Notes under the pieces: generated by a model
The model's database searches: none
What the model saw: only the letters and a program-made list of their open reading frames with translations
What the model was told of the DNA's origin: nothing
Source: an uncultured delta proteobacterium
GTDB lineage: Bacteria; Myxococcota; Kuafuiibacteriia; Kuafuiibacteriales; Kuafuiibacteriaceae
DNA length: 64,000 bases
Assembly (NCBI GenBank): GCA_963803435.1
Contig: CAWDML010000008.1
Location: 32,001 to 96,000 of the forward strand
Direction: 5' to 3'
Program-made: the position numbers and the translations under genes
Part shown: positions 42,287 through 53,738 of the stretch, piece by piece
Position numbering within the stretch: position 1 is the stretch's first letter
How the letters are laid out: every line of letters starts with the position of its first letter

Positions 42287-42940
42287 TCATCGCTTCAGCT
42301 GATAGCGCTTCTCGATCGCCGCCCGCTCCGCCTCGAGCTGCTTGGCGGTGGCCTGCGAGGCCTGGGCCTGGGCGCTCAGCTGTCCGAGCTTCGACATGTC
42401 GCCGCTGTTGAACGCGTCCCGGAGGCTCCCGACCATCGTCCTGGCGTCGGAGACCGCCGAGATCGACAGCTGATGGTAGGCGCGGCAGGGCTCCGGAGGC
42501 GTGATCGCCGCCAGCTCGCTGCTCATGCGGTCGAGATCGCTGAAGAGGGCGTCGAAGCCCTCCGCCTTGCCGGCGCTGGCGTCGGCGATCAACTGCTGGG
42601 CGAACGCGTCGGCGCTGAGGCCGTTCGGTCCGGCCTGGATGCGATCGACCTTGGCGAAGTACGCCACCACCTGGGCGACGCTGGTTCCGTCGGCCGGGCT
42701 CGGCGCGACGGCCGGCGCGGGATCGCTCGAGACCTCCGGCGCGACCAGCGGTGGCTCCGGGCTCCGCGGTGGGGGCGGAAGCCGTTCGGCGACCTCGGGC
42801 GCGCCGGGTGCCTCGACAATCACGCGCTCGCTCGTGACGGGGGGCTTGCTCTCGCGGCCGAGCAGGAAGGCAATCGTCATCAGCGCGATCACCAGCGCGG
42901 CCCCGAGGACCACGGTCAGGCGATTCGAGGCCTGGTTCAT
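42287..42940 (-). CDS. Membrane-anchored hypothetical protein (Pro-rich linker + helical domain)
   Basis: MNQASNRLTVVLGAALVIALMTIAFLLG N-terminal TM; GGAG RBS upstream. Confidence 0.7.
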   Translation of the reverse strand: MNQASNRLTVVLGAALVIALMTIAFLLGRESKPPVTSERVIVEAPGAPEVAERLPPPPRSPEPPLVAPEVSSDPAPAVAPSPADGTSVAQVVAYFAKVDRIQAGPNGLSADAFAQQLIADASAGKAEGFDALFSDLDRMSSELAAITPPEPCRAYHQLSISAVSDARTMVGSLRDAFNSGDMSKLGQLSAQAQASQATAKQLEAERAAIEKRYQLKR

Positions 42941-42970
42941 GCTCCGGAATCGTAGCAGACTCTCCGACCC

Positions 42971-44404
42971 GTGAGCGCCGGCGCGCCGAAGAAGCCGGTC
43001 CGGCCCTGGCTCGACGAAACCAGGCTTCCGCGCCTCTACGACCGGAGCGGCCGCCCGGTCGAGCATGCGGTCACCCGCACCATCTTCTCGCTCCAGAGCC
43101 GGGCCAAGGGCGCCGAGCTCGACCCCGAGGTCCGCCGGATCCTCGACGGGATCGATCTCGATCGCTCCGGCGATCTGGGGCTGGCGCTCTTCAACCTGTT
43201 CATCGCCAAGAACGAGCCCACCAAGGACAAGTTCTGCCTGGTCCTGGCGGCTGCGCTCGGCGACGACCGTCTCCTCCCACCGCTCGAGCGCAAGATCCTC
43301 GCCTGGCCCGAGGTCCGCCGCGGCAAGCTGAGCGAGGTCGCCGTCACCGCACTGGCCGCCTCGGGTCGGGGGCGCGCGCTCTTCGCCGTGGACGGGATCG
43401 CGCGCCGGCTCCGCACCCAGCGCCGGATCCAGGCGCACGCCGCCCGCGCGCTGGTCCTCTCGGCGGCGCAAGCGCGGGGGCTCGATCGCGAGACGTTGAT
43501 CGACGAGGTGTTGCCGCGCCACGGCTTCGGCGCACGGACGCGGACGGTGGGCGCGGGCGACCGGGCGACGCTCGTCCGCGTCGGCACCGACTTCGAGATC
43601 CGCTTCGCCACCGCGGGCGGAAAGATCCCGAAGTCACTCTCGAAGGCGATCCCGGAGGCGGAGCGGGAGGAGATCGCAGGCCTCTCCAAGAACCTCCGCG
43701 CGCTGGTGAAGACCCATTCGCTTCGACTGATCGACTGCATGATCGCTCAGCACGGCTGGCCGGCAGAGCGCTGGCGCTCGCTCTTTCTCTCTCATCCCCT
43801 TCTGTTCCCCTTCGCCGTGCGGTGCCTCTTCACCGCGCACGACGCCGCCGGCGAGCGGGCCGCCATCTTTCGTGCGCTCGAGGATGGGTCGCTCACCGAC
43901 GCGAACGACGAGGAGCTCCGCCTCGCCCCCGAGTGGGAGATCCGCCTCCTGCATCCGGCCTTCGTCTCCACCGAGCTCCGGGACACCTGGGCGAGACATC
44001 TCGCCGACTACGAGGTCGAGCCGCCGTTTCCCCAGCTCAATCGTCCGGCCGACCGGGTGTCGGAGGTCGAGGCACAGGTCCGGATCGCTCGTACTTTCAC
44101 CGGGGCACGGTTGGGTCGCGGCGCCGGATGGAAGCTCCTGACGGTATACGAGGATCGGTACACCGCCTGCTTCAAGACGTTTCCGGGGCCCGGCGAGGAC
44201 GTCGACGCGATCGTCGTGATCGACCAGCACACCGGCGAGGTCACCGGTCACTTCTTCATGCGCTACCAGCTCGACAACGTCGAGAGTGGGCGCTTCTATC
44301 GGCCGAGCTCCGACGACGATCCGCGCCTGCTCGGGCTGGACCGCGTCCCCCCCGCGATCTACGCCGAAGCGCTGGGCGAGCTCGCCCTGCTGGCTACGTC
44401 GTGA
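42971..44404 (+). CDS. DUF4132 domain protein
   Basis: W...F..HPL, FRALEDGSLTDANDEE, IRLLHP, WARHLADYEVEPPFPQLNR, VPPAIYAEALGEL. Confidence 0.88.
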   Translation: MSAGAPKKPVRPWLDETRLPRLYDRSGRPVEHAVTRTIFSLQSRAKGAELDPEVRRILDGIDLDRSGDLGLALFNLFIAKNEPTKDKFCLVLAAALGDDRLLPPLERKILAWPEVRRGKLSEVAVTALAASGRGRALFAVDGIARRLRTQRRIQAHAARALVLSAAQARGLDRETLIDEVLPRHGFGARTRTVGAGDRATLVRVGTDFEIRFATAGGKIPKSLSKAIPEAEREEIAGLSKNLRALVKTHSLRLIDCMIAQHGWPAERWRSLFLSHPLLFPFAVRCLFTAHDAAGERAAIFRALEDGSLTDANDEELRLAPEWEIRLLHPAFVSTELRDTWARHLADYEVEPPFPQLNRPADRVSEVEAQVRIARTFTGARLGRGAGWKLLTVYEDRYTACFKTFPGPGEDVDAIVVIDQHTGEVTGHFFMRYQLDNVESGRFYRPSSDDDPRLLGLDRVPPAIYAEALGELALLATS

Positions 44405-44447
44405 CTTGTAAACCGCGCGTCCCCCCTCGCAGAATGCCGCCGTGCGC

Positions 44448-47400
44448 ATGGAGAAGCTCGCCCTCCCGCTCCTCGTCGCCCTGATGGGCTGCCCCGGGTC
44501 CGAACCGCTCGAGATCACCACGGCGTCGCTTCCGAAGGCGATGGTCGGCGACGACTACAGCGCGCAGCTCGCGGCGACGGGCGGCGACGGTGCCTATTCG
44601 TTCGCCGCTATCGACGCGCTCCCCGAGGGCCTGGCGCTCTCCGCGAACGGAACGATCGCGGGCGTGCCGGCCACCGACGGCGACTTCTCGTTCGTCGTCG
44701 AGGTGACGGACGGGAGCGACCGGACCGCGCGCCGCATGCTCTCGATCTCGATCGATCCACGACCGCTGGCCGAGCTGACCATCCTGACGGGAGACCTGCT
44801 GGTCGCACGCGTGACCGAGGCGTACCAGCGACAGATCACCGCCGCGGGCGGGAACGGCGAGTACACCTGGTCCGTCAGCGAGGGCGCGCTCCCCCCGGGC
44901 CTCGAGCTGGCTGCCGGCGGGACACCGTCGACCGAGCTGGCCGGCACGGCGACGGCCGAGGGGAGCTACGCATTCACGGTCCGCGTCGCGGACGCATCGG
45001 GCATGAGCGCGACGAAGGCCTACACGCTGGTGGTGCAGCCGAAGGCGACCCAGACCTTCGAGATCCGGAGCTTCCTCCTGCCTGACGGCGTCGTGGGGCT
45101 GAGCTACTCGGCGCCGCTCCAGGTCACGAACGCGACGGGCGGCGTCACCTGGACGGTCGACAGCGGTGACCTGCCGCCGGGGCTGGCGCTGGCCGAGGCA
45201 GGCGATCCGAACACGACGGTGGACGGCCTGCCCGAGCTCGCGGGCGACTTCGTGTTCGTGGTGCGCGCCACCGACGTGGACGGCGACACCGACACGCAGC
45301 GGCTCACCGTTCACATCTCGGCCGAGTTCGTCCCGATCCTGATCGAGACGGCCGCTGTTCCCACCGCGACGATCGGCGTCCCCTACAACGCCTCGATCCT
45401 GGCGCGCTACGGCACCGGCAGCGGGTTCACCTGGTCCGTCACCTCCGGTCAGCTCCCCGACGGCCTGATGCTCGCGAGCTCGGGCACTCCGGCGGTGCTG
45501 ATCGATGGGACGCCCACCACGCGCGGAACCTTCACCGCGACCATCACGGTGCACGACAGCAACGGTGATGTCGCCGCGCGCGCGTTCGACTTCGAGGTCG
45601 TCGATCCACCGCTCGTCATCGCGACCACACTGCTCCCGCCGGGCGACCTGGGCGTCGCCTACAGCGAGAGCATCATCGCTGCGGGCGGCTCGGGGAGCGG
45701 CCACTCCTGGCGGGTCAGCACCGGCACCGTTCCACCGGGCCTGACGCTCCAGCCTTCGAGCCAGGACCACGTCACGCTGGACGGCACGCCCACGATGGTC
45801 GGGGTCTCCGACTTCACGCTCGAGGTGAGCGACTCGGGCGGTCAGGTGGCGACGCGCGACTTCCGGATACCGATCTACGCGCGGGTCGAGGTCACCACCT
45901 CGACGCTGCCGGATGGCGACGTTGGCGCGGCGTATGCGGTCTCGCTCTCCGCTCAGGGCGGGGACGGCAGCTACACGTATCAGATCAGCGGCGGCGCGCT
46001 TCCGCCGGGCCTCTCCCTCTCCGCGGCCGGCGTGATCGGCGGCGTCCCCACCGCTCCCGGCAACGCGGGGTTCATCGTCACCGCGCTCGACAGCCGAGGC
46101 AGCAGCGGCGCTCGCTCCCTCTCGATCGCCGTCTTCCAGGACACAGCGCAGCTCGCGCTCACCACGCCCTCGCTCCCCGGCGCCGGCTCCGGGGTCGCCT
46201 ACGCGGCCGAGGTCACCGCCGCCGGCGGATCAGAGAGCGGGTACACCTTCACGGTGGACAGCGGTGCGCTGCCGCCTGGCCTCTCGCTCACTAGCGGAAC
46301 TCCCAGCGCCAGCATCAGCGGCACGTCCGTCGCCCTCGGCTCCTACGGCTTCACGCTGCGCGTGACGGACTCCGCGGGCGGGACCGCGACCCGCCCGTAC
46401 ACCATCGACGTGCTGCCTCCGCTCACCATCACCACGATGACCCTACCGGCGCGTCCCGAGTGCGCCAGCGTCCGCCAGGGGATCGCAGCCTCGGGCGGCT
46501 CGGGCGCCGGCTACCTGTGGAGCGCGCCCGCGGGCCTTCCGCCGGGCCTCCAGCTCGATCCTGCCCAGACGCCGGCCACGACGCTCTCCGGTCGCGCCAC
46601 CGCGCCCGGCAGCTACCCGACGCTGATCCGCGTCACCGATTCTGCGGGCCTCACCGCGGAGCGAACGCTGTCGATCTCGGTCACCGCCAATCCGGACGCA
46701 CAGCGCTATGCGCTCCTCGTCGGCGACCTCCTCGTCGACGACGACACCGAGGTCTACCTCACGAACGTGTGCGGCGATCAGGCGTCCGCGCTCACCGCCC
46801 TCGAGCCGCCCGCACCCGGCACCGGCGACGCCTCGCTGGATCCCAGCGACGCCGTCTTCTCTCCGGACCAGCGCCGCATCGCCTTCATCGGCGACTTCAT
46901 GAACGACGGCGTCGACGAGCTCTTCCTCAGCACCGTGAGTCCGACGATGACGCGCCGGATCAACGGGCCAATCACGCCGGGCGGCGACGTCCATCAGGTG
47001 TTCTGGTCTCCCGATTCGTCGATGATCGTGTACCTCGCCGACCAGAACAGCGACGGCGTCGACGAGATCTTCGTCGTCGATGTGAGCAACCCGTCGATGC
47101 CGAGCTTCCCCGTGCAGGTGAACGGGCCCCTCGGCGCGAACAGCGACGTGACCGACGTCTTCTGGGCACCCGACTCGGGCGGGCTCATCTATCGCGCCGA
47201 CCCCACCGACAACGCGTTCGAGCTCTTCTACGTCGACCTGGCGTTCCCCACGCTCCCGGGGACGCCGGTGCGACTCCACAACGCGCTGGCCGCGCCGCAG
47301 GCCTGCGATCCGCGCGTCGACTGGACGCCCAGCGGCAACGGCGTGATCTTCCGCTGCGACTCCACCGCCGCCGGCGTGTTCCAGCTCTGGTACGTCCGTT

Positions 47401-48257
47401 TCTCCCTCGGCGTGCCTCAGGCCGCTCAGCGCGTAAACGGGAACCTGGTGGCGGGCGGTGACGTCCTGGCAGGCTCGTTCGCGTTCTCGCCGGACGGATC
47501 GGGCGTCGCGTACATCGCGGATCAAAATACGGACGACGTGTTCGAGCTCTACCTGGCGGTCACGTTCGGGGGATCGATCATGCAGGGGGTGCGGGCGCTC
47601 AGCCCGCTCGCCGCCAACCGGGACGTCACGGCCTTCGAGTTCGGCTCCACCGCGCTGCGCGGCCTCCTCCGCGGTGATCTGAACACCGACGAGGTCTTCG
47701 AGCTCTACCTCATCGACTCCAGCAGCGGCTTCCCGGTGGTACCCATTCGCCTCAACGGCGCGATGGTGTCGGGCGGCGACGTCGACCCCACGCACTTCGG
47801 CTTCTCACCGGCCGGGGATCGGGTGGCGTATCTCGCGGATCAGAATCGTCGACGAGCACCCCGAGCTCTTCGTGGTGGACATCAGCGGCCCGGCGCCCGG
47901 GGCTCCGGTGCGCATGAGCCCGATCCTCGGCGCCGGCGCCGGCACCTCGGTCGACACCTTCGCGTTCTCGCCCGCGACCTCGCGCATCGCCATGCGCGGC
48001 GACTTCTTCGTGGCCAATCAAGCCGAGCTGGCCTTCGCCGAGCTCGGCACCGGCGCGGTCCGAGTGCTGAACCTCCCGCTTCCGTCCGGCGGCGACGTCC
48101 GCGACTTCACCTGGCGCGCCGATGGCGACGGGATCCTGTTCGGTGCCGACATGGCGCTGGCCGGCGAGGTCGAGGGCTGGTCCGTCGACGTCTCCGGACC
48201 CACGCCGAGCACGCCCGTGAGGCTCCATCCGCAGGTCCCGGCGGGAGGCGCGCTCGA

Positions 48258-48279
<22 letters not shown>
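44448..48279 (+). CDS. Surface lipoprotein: about 8 He_PIG Ig repeats + TolB-like beta-propeller; frameshift near 47845
   Basis: LMGC lipobox; repeated ITT.SLP.G.VG.AY...GALPPGL.L; FSPD..RIAF.AD...D.V.ELF blades continue in ORF 47872-48279. Confidence 0.85.
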
Positions 48280-49580
<1,301 letters not shown>

Positions 49581-49670
49581 GGCCCACCTGAAACCTCGCA
49601 CTGCCCAGCGCGCTTGTCACTTCTGCGAAGCCCCCTTGGCCGTGGGCGCTCGGTGCCTCGCGCCTGCGGT

Positions 49671-49687
49671 CTGGCATCGGCATTGCT
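49671..49687 (+). promoter_or_regulatory. Sigma-54 (-24/-12) promoter
   Basis: CTGGCATCGGCATTGCT: GG-N10-GC, close to TGGCAC-N5-TTGC; ends 12 nt before ATG 49700. Confidence 0.75.
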
Positions 49688-49699
49688 GAAGCTCTCAGA

Positions 49700-50676
49700 A
49701 TGACCCTGATCGGAACGGGAGTGAGGCTCCGGAACTATCACGTCGGTCCCGTGATCGCCGCGGGACCGCGGGCGCGCATCTATCTGGCCCAGCGGCTCTC
49801 GGAGCCACGGTGCCTCTGCGCGCTCAAGGTGCTCAGGCACGAGCTCGCGGGCGATTCCCGCGCTCGCGAGCAGCTCAAGAAGGAGGCGTCAATCCTGCGA
49901 GCGCTCAGCCATCCCTCGATCGAGCCGCTGCTCGACTTCGGTTCTTCGGGCGGCGAGCTCTTCTACGTCGTGCGTCTGTCGGCGGGCCTGAGTCTGCGCG
50001 AGCTGCAGTCGGTCGCGCCGAGCGCCTGGCAAGTGCCGGCGGTCATCGAGATCGCGCTCGCGATCCTGGAGTCGATTCTTGTTCGCGCACGCGCTCGGCC
50101 GTGCCCACGGCTCGCTCACGGGCGACAACGTGCGCATCGCTGAGGACGGACGCGTCTTCTTGTGGGGCTTCGGCCTGCCGGAGCTGGCCTGCTCGAGCAC
50201 CCGGGAGACGGGCGCGCTCCGCGCCGCGAACGTGAGGATTCGAGACGCTCGTCGAGACCCATGGGCGCGACGTCCACTCGGCGGGGCTCCTCCTCACCGA
50301 CCTCCTCCGCCGGTGCTCGGGCCAGGTCCCCCAACGTCTCACCGACCTGCTCTGCGCCATGCTCGAGGCGTCGCCGCGCTGTCGGCCCACCGCGCACGCC
50401 GCGCTCGTCGAGCTCAAGGCGATCTCGGCCCGGACCGGGCAACGTCCGCTGGCGGAGCTGGTGGCTCGCAGGTGCGTGCCGGCGCCCAACGAGCGGACGA
50501 TGATCCTCGCGCGCGGTCCTCGCACCGGCGGCGGGGGGGGCCGGACCCGCATCCTTCCCCGAGAGCAGCCGCGCGCGGTCGACGGGGGTGCGCTCGGCGC
50601 CGGCGTGCTCACGGCCGTGGTGGCGGTGGGTCTCCTGGTGGGCTTCCTCCTCGTCAACGGCGTGCCGCTCCTCTGA
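49700..50676 (+). pseudogene. Membrane-anchored Ser/Thr pseudokinase, split by about 2 frameshifts
   Basis: CALKVL, KKEASILRALSHPSI, HGSLTGDNV (for HRD..PxN), LWGFG (for DFG), DVHSAG, RPTA, C-terminal TM. Frames change near 50075 and 50230-50265. Confidence 0.65.
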
Positions 50677-50757
50677 CTGCAGTCTTCCAACTGCAGCCCG
50701 CGGCCGGCCGTGCTGCAGGGACCGCTCACAACCCCGCGATCCGACTCGTTTTCGACG

Positions 50758-50774
50758 TTGGCCCGCCGCGTGCT
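50758..50774 (+). promoter_or_regulatory. Possible second sigma-54 promoter
   Basis: TTGGCCCGCCGCGTGCT, GG-N10-GC, ending 13 nt before ATG 50788. Confidence 0.4.
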
Positions 50775-50787
50775 TTTGCATCGGACC

Positions 50788-50964
50788 ATGCACGGAAAAT
50801 GGAGTGTCTTTTCCTTGGTGTTGGTCTTCGCGGTGGTCTTCACGGGATTCGCGATGGCGAAGGGAAGGGCGACCGAGCCGCGCTCGACGCTGGCGCCCGA
50901 GCTCCCGCGCGAGTGGGTCTGGCAGAAGAAGCCGGTTCGGTTCGACGACATGTATCGCCGCTGA
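50788..50964 (+). CDS. Small secreted/membrane peptide (58 aa)
   Basis: MHGKWSVFSLVLVFAVVFTGFAMA signal, then LPREWVWQKKPVRFDDMYRR. Confidence 0.55.
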   Translation: MHGKWSVFSLVLVFAVVFTGFAMAKGRATEPRSTLAPELPREWVWQKKPVRFDDMYRR

Positions 50965-50969
50965 GCGGC

Positions 50970-52868
50970 TCAAGCCTCGTCGATCGCGGTCAGCTCGCTC
51001 CAGCGCTGGTAGAGCCGCTCGACGTCGCGCTTGGCGCCCTCCAGCGCTTCGAGCTTGGCCGTGATCCCCCGCCCGATCTTCTTCACAATCTCCGGATCAA
51101 AGACCTCGCGCTCGAGGGCGGAGACCTGCTCCTCCGCCTCCATGATGCGGGCCTCGATCCCCTCGAGCTCCCGCTTCTCCTTGAAGGAGAGCCGGCGCGG
51201 GCCATCGGTCTTTCTCGGCCGCGCCTCCTTCGGCTTCGTCGCCGGAGGATCGCGCTCCAAGCGCGCCTCGATCAGCGCCTCCAAATGACGGGCTGCGCCC
51301 CCTTCGTGGCGCACGATCTGTCCCTCGTCGCCGAACACCAGCACCCCGGTGGTGACGCGGTCGAGGAAGTAGCGGTCGTGGCTCACGACCAGCGCGCATC
51401 CGGGATACGCGACCAGCGCATCCTCGAGGACGCGCAGCGTGGGCAGATCGAGATCGTTGGTCGGCTCGTCGAGGATCAGCAGGTTGGCGGTGACGCGGAG
51501 CGCCTTGGCGAGCGCGACCCGGCTCTTCTCTCCACCGGAGAGGGCCCCGATCTTGGTGCGTTGGGTGTCGCCGTCGAAGAGCAGGCCGGCGAGAAAGCCG
51601 TGCACCGGCACCGCGGTCTCACCCACGTGCACGAAGTCGCTCTCTCCGGCGACCTCTTCCAAGACGGTCTTCGTCTCATCGAGCAGTCGCCGCTGGTCTG
51701 CGTAGGCGATCGACGTGTTCTGGCCGCGGATGATCTCTCCGGCGTCGGGTGAGAGGTCGCCGAGGATCATGCGAAGGAGCGTCGTCTTGCCCGCGCCGTT
51801 GGGGCCGATGATCCCGAGCCGATCCCCCTTGGCGAGCTTGAGCTCGAAGCGATCGATCAGTCGCCGTTCTCCGAACGACTTCGACACGCCCTCCAGCTCG
51901 AGGATCGTCTTGCCGATGCGCGGTGGGTGGGGGAGCCGAAAATCCACGTCGCCGAGGTTCGCCTTGGGACGGTTCGCGACCAGGGCGTCGAACCGCTCGA
52001 GCCGCGCCTTCTGCTTGGTCGTGCGTGCCGGCGCCCGCCTGCGCACCCATTGAAGCTCGTTCTCGATGGCGCGCCGCCGCTTGTGCTCGACCTTCGCCTC
52101 CATCGCGTCCCGCTCCGCACGTGCGACCAGGTACTCGCTGTAGTTGCCCTCGTAGAGGCTGAGGGTCCCGCGATCGAGCTCGGCATGTCGCGTGGCCACG
52201 CGATCGAGAAAGTATCGATCGTGCGTCACCAGCAGCAGCGCTCCCGGATAATCGACCAGGATGGTCTCCAGCCATTCGATGGCGCGGACGTCGATGTGAT
52301 TGGTCGGCTCGTCGAGCACCAGCAGATCCGGCTGGGCGAGAAGTCCAGCGCACAGCGCCACCCTCCGCAACTCACCTTGCGAGAGCGTTCCGATCTTCCG
52401 AGCGCCGTCCGGGACCGCCAGCGCCAGCATCGCTGCTTCCGCGCGGTGCTCGACGTTCCAACCGCCCGTGCGCTCGAGCTCCTCCGAGAGACGCTCCTGG
52501 TCCGCGACCAGCCCTGCCACGCTCCCGTCCGCGCCGGTCGCAGCGATCCGCTCCGTCACACGATCGAGCTCCGCCCGGATGGCGAGGTTGTGCTCGAGCC
52601 CGCGCTTGACCGTATCGAGGACGGTCGCTTCCGGGTCGAGGCGCGGCGATTGATCGACGATCCTCACCGTGAGCCCGCGCCGCCGCTGGATCTCCCCGCC
52701 GTCCGGCTCTTCGGCGCCGACCAGGATGCGGATCAGCGTGGACTTCCCTGCACCGTTCACCCCGATCAGTCCCAGCCGATCGCGATCTTCGATCGTCAGC
52801 GAGACGTCCTCGAGCACGACACGGGGCCCGTAAGCCTTCGAGATGCCATGGGCCGACAAGAGGCTCAC
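50970..52868 (-). CDS. uup: ABC-F family ATPase (Uup-like)
   Basis: Two ABC domains (GVNGAGKST/LSQGE/LDEPTNH and GPNGAGKTT/LSGGE/LDEPTND), APARTTKQKAR linker, RRLSFKEKREL C-terminal domain. Confidence 0.88.
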   Translation of the reverse strand: MSLLSAHGISKAYGPRVVLEDVSLTIEDRDRLGLIGVNGAGKSTLIRILVGAEEPDGGEIQRRRGLTVRIVDQSPRLDPEATVLDTVKRGLEHNLAIRAELDRVTERIAATGADGSVAGLVADQERLSEELERTGGWNVEHRAEAAMLALAVPDGARKIGTLSQGELRRVALCAGLLAQPDLLVLDEPTNHIDVRAIEWLETILVDYPGALLLVTHDRYFLDRVATRHAELDRGTLSLYEGNYSEYLVARAERDAMEAKVEHKRRRAIENELQWVRRRAPARTTKQKARLERFDALVANRPKANLGDVDFRLPHPPRIGKTILELEGVSKSFGERRLIDRFELKLAKGDRLGIIGPNGAGKTTLLRMILGDLSPDAGEIIRGQNTSIAYADQRRLLDETKTVLEEVAGESDFVHVGETAVPVHGFLAGLLFDGDTQRTKIGALSGGEKSRVALAKALRVTANLLILDEPTNDLDLPTLRVLEDALVAYPGCALVVSHDRYFLDRVTTGVLVFGDEGQIVRHEGGAARHLEALIEARLERDPPATKPKEARPRKTDGPRRLSFKEKRELEGIEARIMEAEEQVSALEREVFDPEIVKKIGRGITAKLEALEGAKRDVERLYQRWSELTAIDEA

Positions 52869-52901
52869 GCCGTGAGCTTACCTCTGCTATGCTCGCGGTC
52901 G

Positions 52902-53310
52902 ATGAGGCTCTCCGTGCCGGCCGCCCTCCTCCTCGCATCGTGCACGCTCGGCGCGCTGGCCCTCTCCGGATGTCCCGATGAGTCCTCGCAACCGACGAAG
53001 GCCGTGAATCCAAAGCTGCCGATCATCGTGTACTACGCGTTGCCTGGCTGACGATTTTGCGCCCAGATTTCGGCTGCGGTCCGCAGCCTGCGCGATTCGG
53101 GGACCTACGACGGAAAGGTCAACTTCTACGTCGTCGACGTCGACTCCGACAAGGTCGAGGCGGAGGTCCAGCGCTGGCCGGGTCTCGGCAGCCACGGCTT
53201 GATCGGGACCACCTCGGACGGGGTCCTGAAGGTCCTCATCCCCGGCCACGGCTTCGGGCAGAACGGAGATCGTCGCCAAGGTCGACGAGCTCCTGCGACT
53301 CACGCACTAG
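52902..53310 (+). CDS. Thioredoxin-like lipoprotein with UxxC motif (putative selenoprotein); probable +1 indel near 53262
   Basis: LSGC lipobox; IIVYYALPG-TGA-RFC. The frame stays open and Trx-like after the TGA (KVNFYVVDVD...). SECIS-like hairpin at 53072-53088. Confidence 0.8.
53071..53089 (+). promoter_or_regulatory. Bacterial SECIS-like hairpin
   Basis: GGCTGCG-GTC-CGCAGCC perfect 7-bp stem, apical G/U 27 nt after the UGA; resembles E. coli fdhF GGUUGCAGGUCUGCACC. Confidence 0.7.
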
Positions 53311-53383
53311 ATTAGCCTCGTAGCCCACCAAAAGGGGGCGATTTCGTGCACAGTAGGCCCGTACTGCGCCGAGGTGATGCGGA

Positions 53384-53666
53384 CTGTCGAGAGCTGTGGA
53401 CTGTCGACTGGGGCCGTCTCTGTGAGCTTTCAGGTTTACCTGCCACGAAAATCTTCGGCGTCTCTACGTGAGTGTGACGTCGGTTTCGAGCACGGCGAGC
53501 TGAGCGCACACATCACGAGCCTCCCGAGTCACCTCGTGGGCTGGCATTGGCTGACCGTTCGCGGCCGTGTTCGACGGCTCGAGGGTCACCATAGGCTGAC
53601 CCGCGCAACCAACTCGAAACCGCGTCCGAATCTGTCGACTGTCAACCGTGGACTGTCGACGGTTGG
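53384..53666. repeat. Two degenerate heptamer arrays (CTGTCGA-like)
   Basis: 53384-53410: ctgtcga..ctgtgga ctgtcga. 53632-53666: ctgtcga ctgtcaa ccgtgga ctgtcga cggttgg. Confidence 0.65.
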
Positions 53667-53738
53667 AGCCCAGCAGAGCCCGGGCCCATTTTCTTCCTTC
53701 GTGCTGTCCTGTCCGCGGGACGTGGAGTCTGGTTAGCA

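Noticed and set aside
44406-44435. Sigma-70-like promoter TTGTAA-N18-CAGAAT before the Ig-repeat gene
   Set aside because: Plausible, but the match is too weak to assert without TSS data.
53384-53666. CRISPR array
   Set aside because: Repeats are degenerate 7-mers with no regular 25-45 bp repeat-spacer structure and no cas genes.
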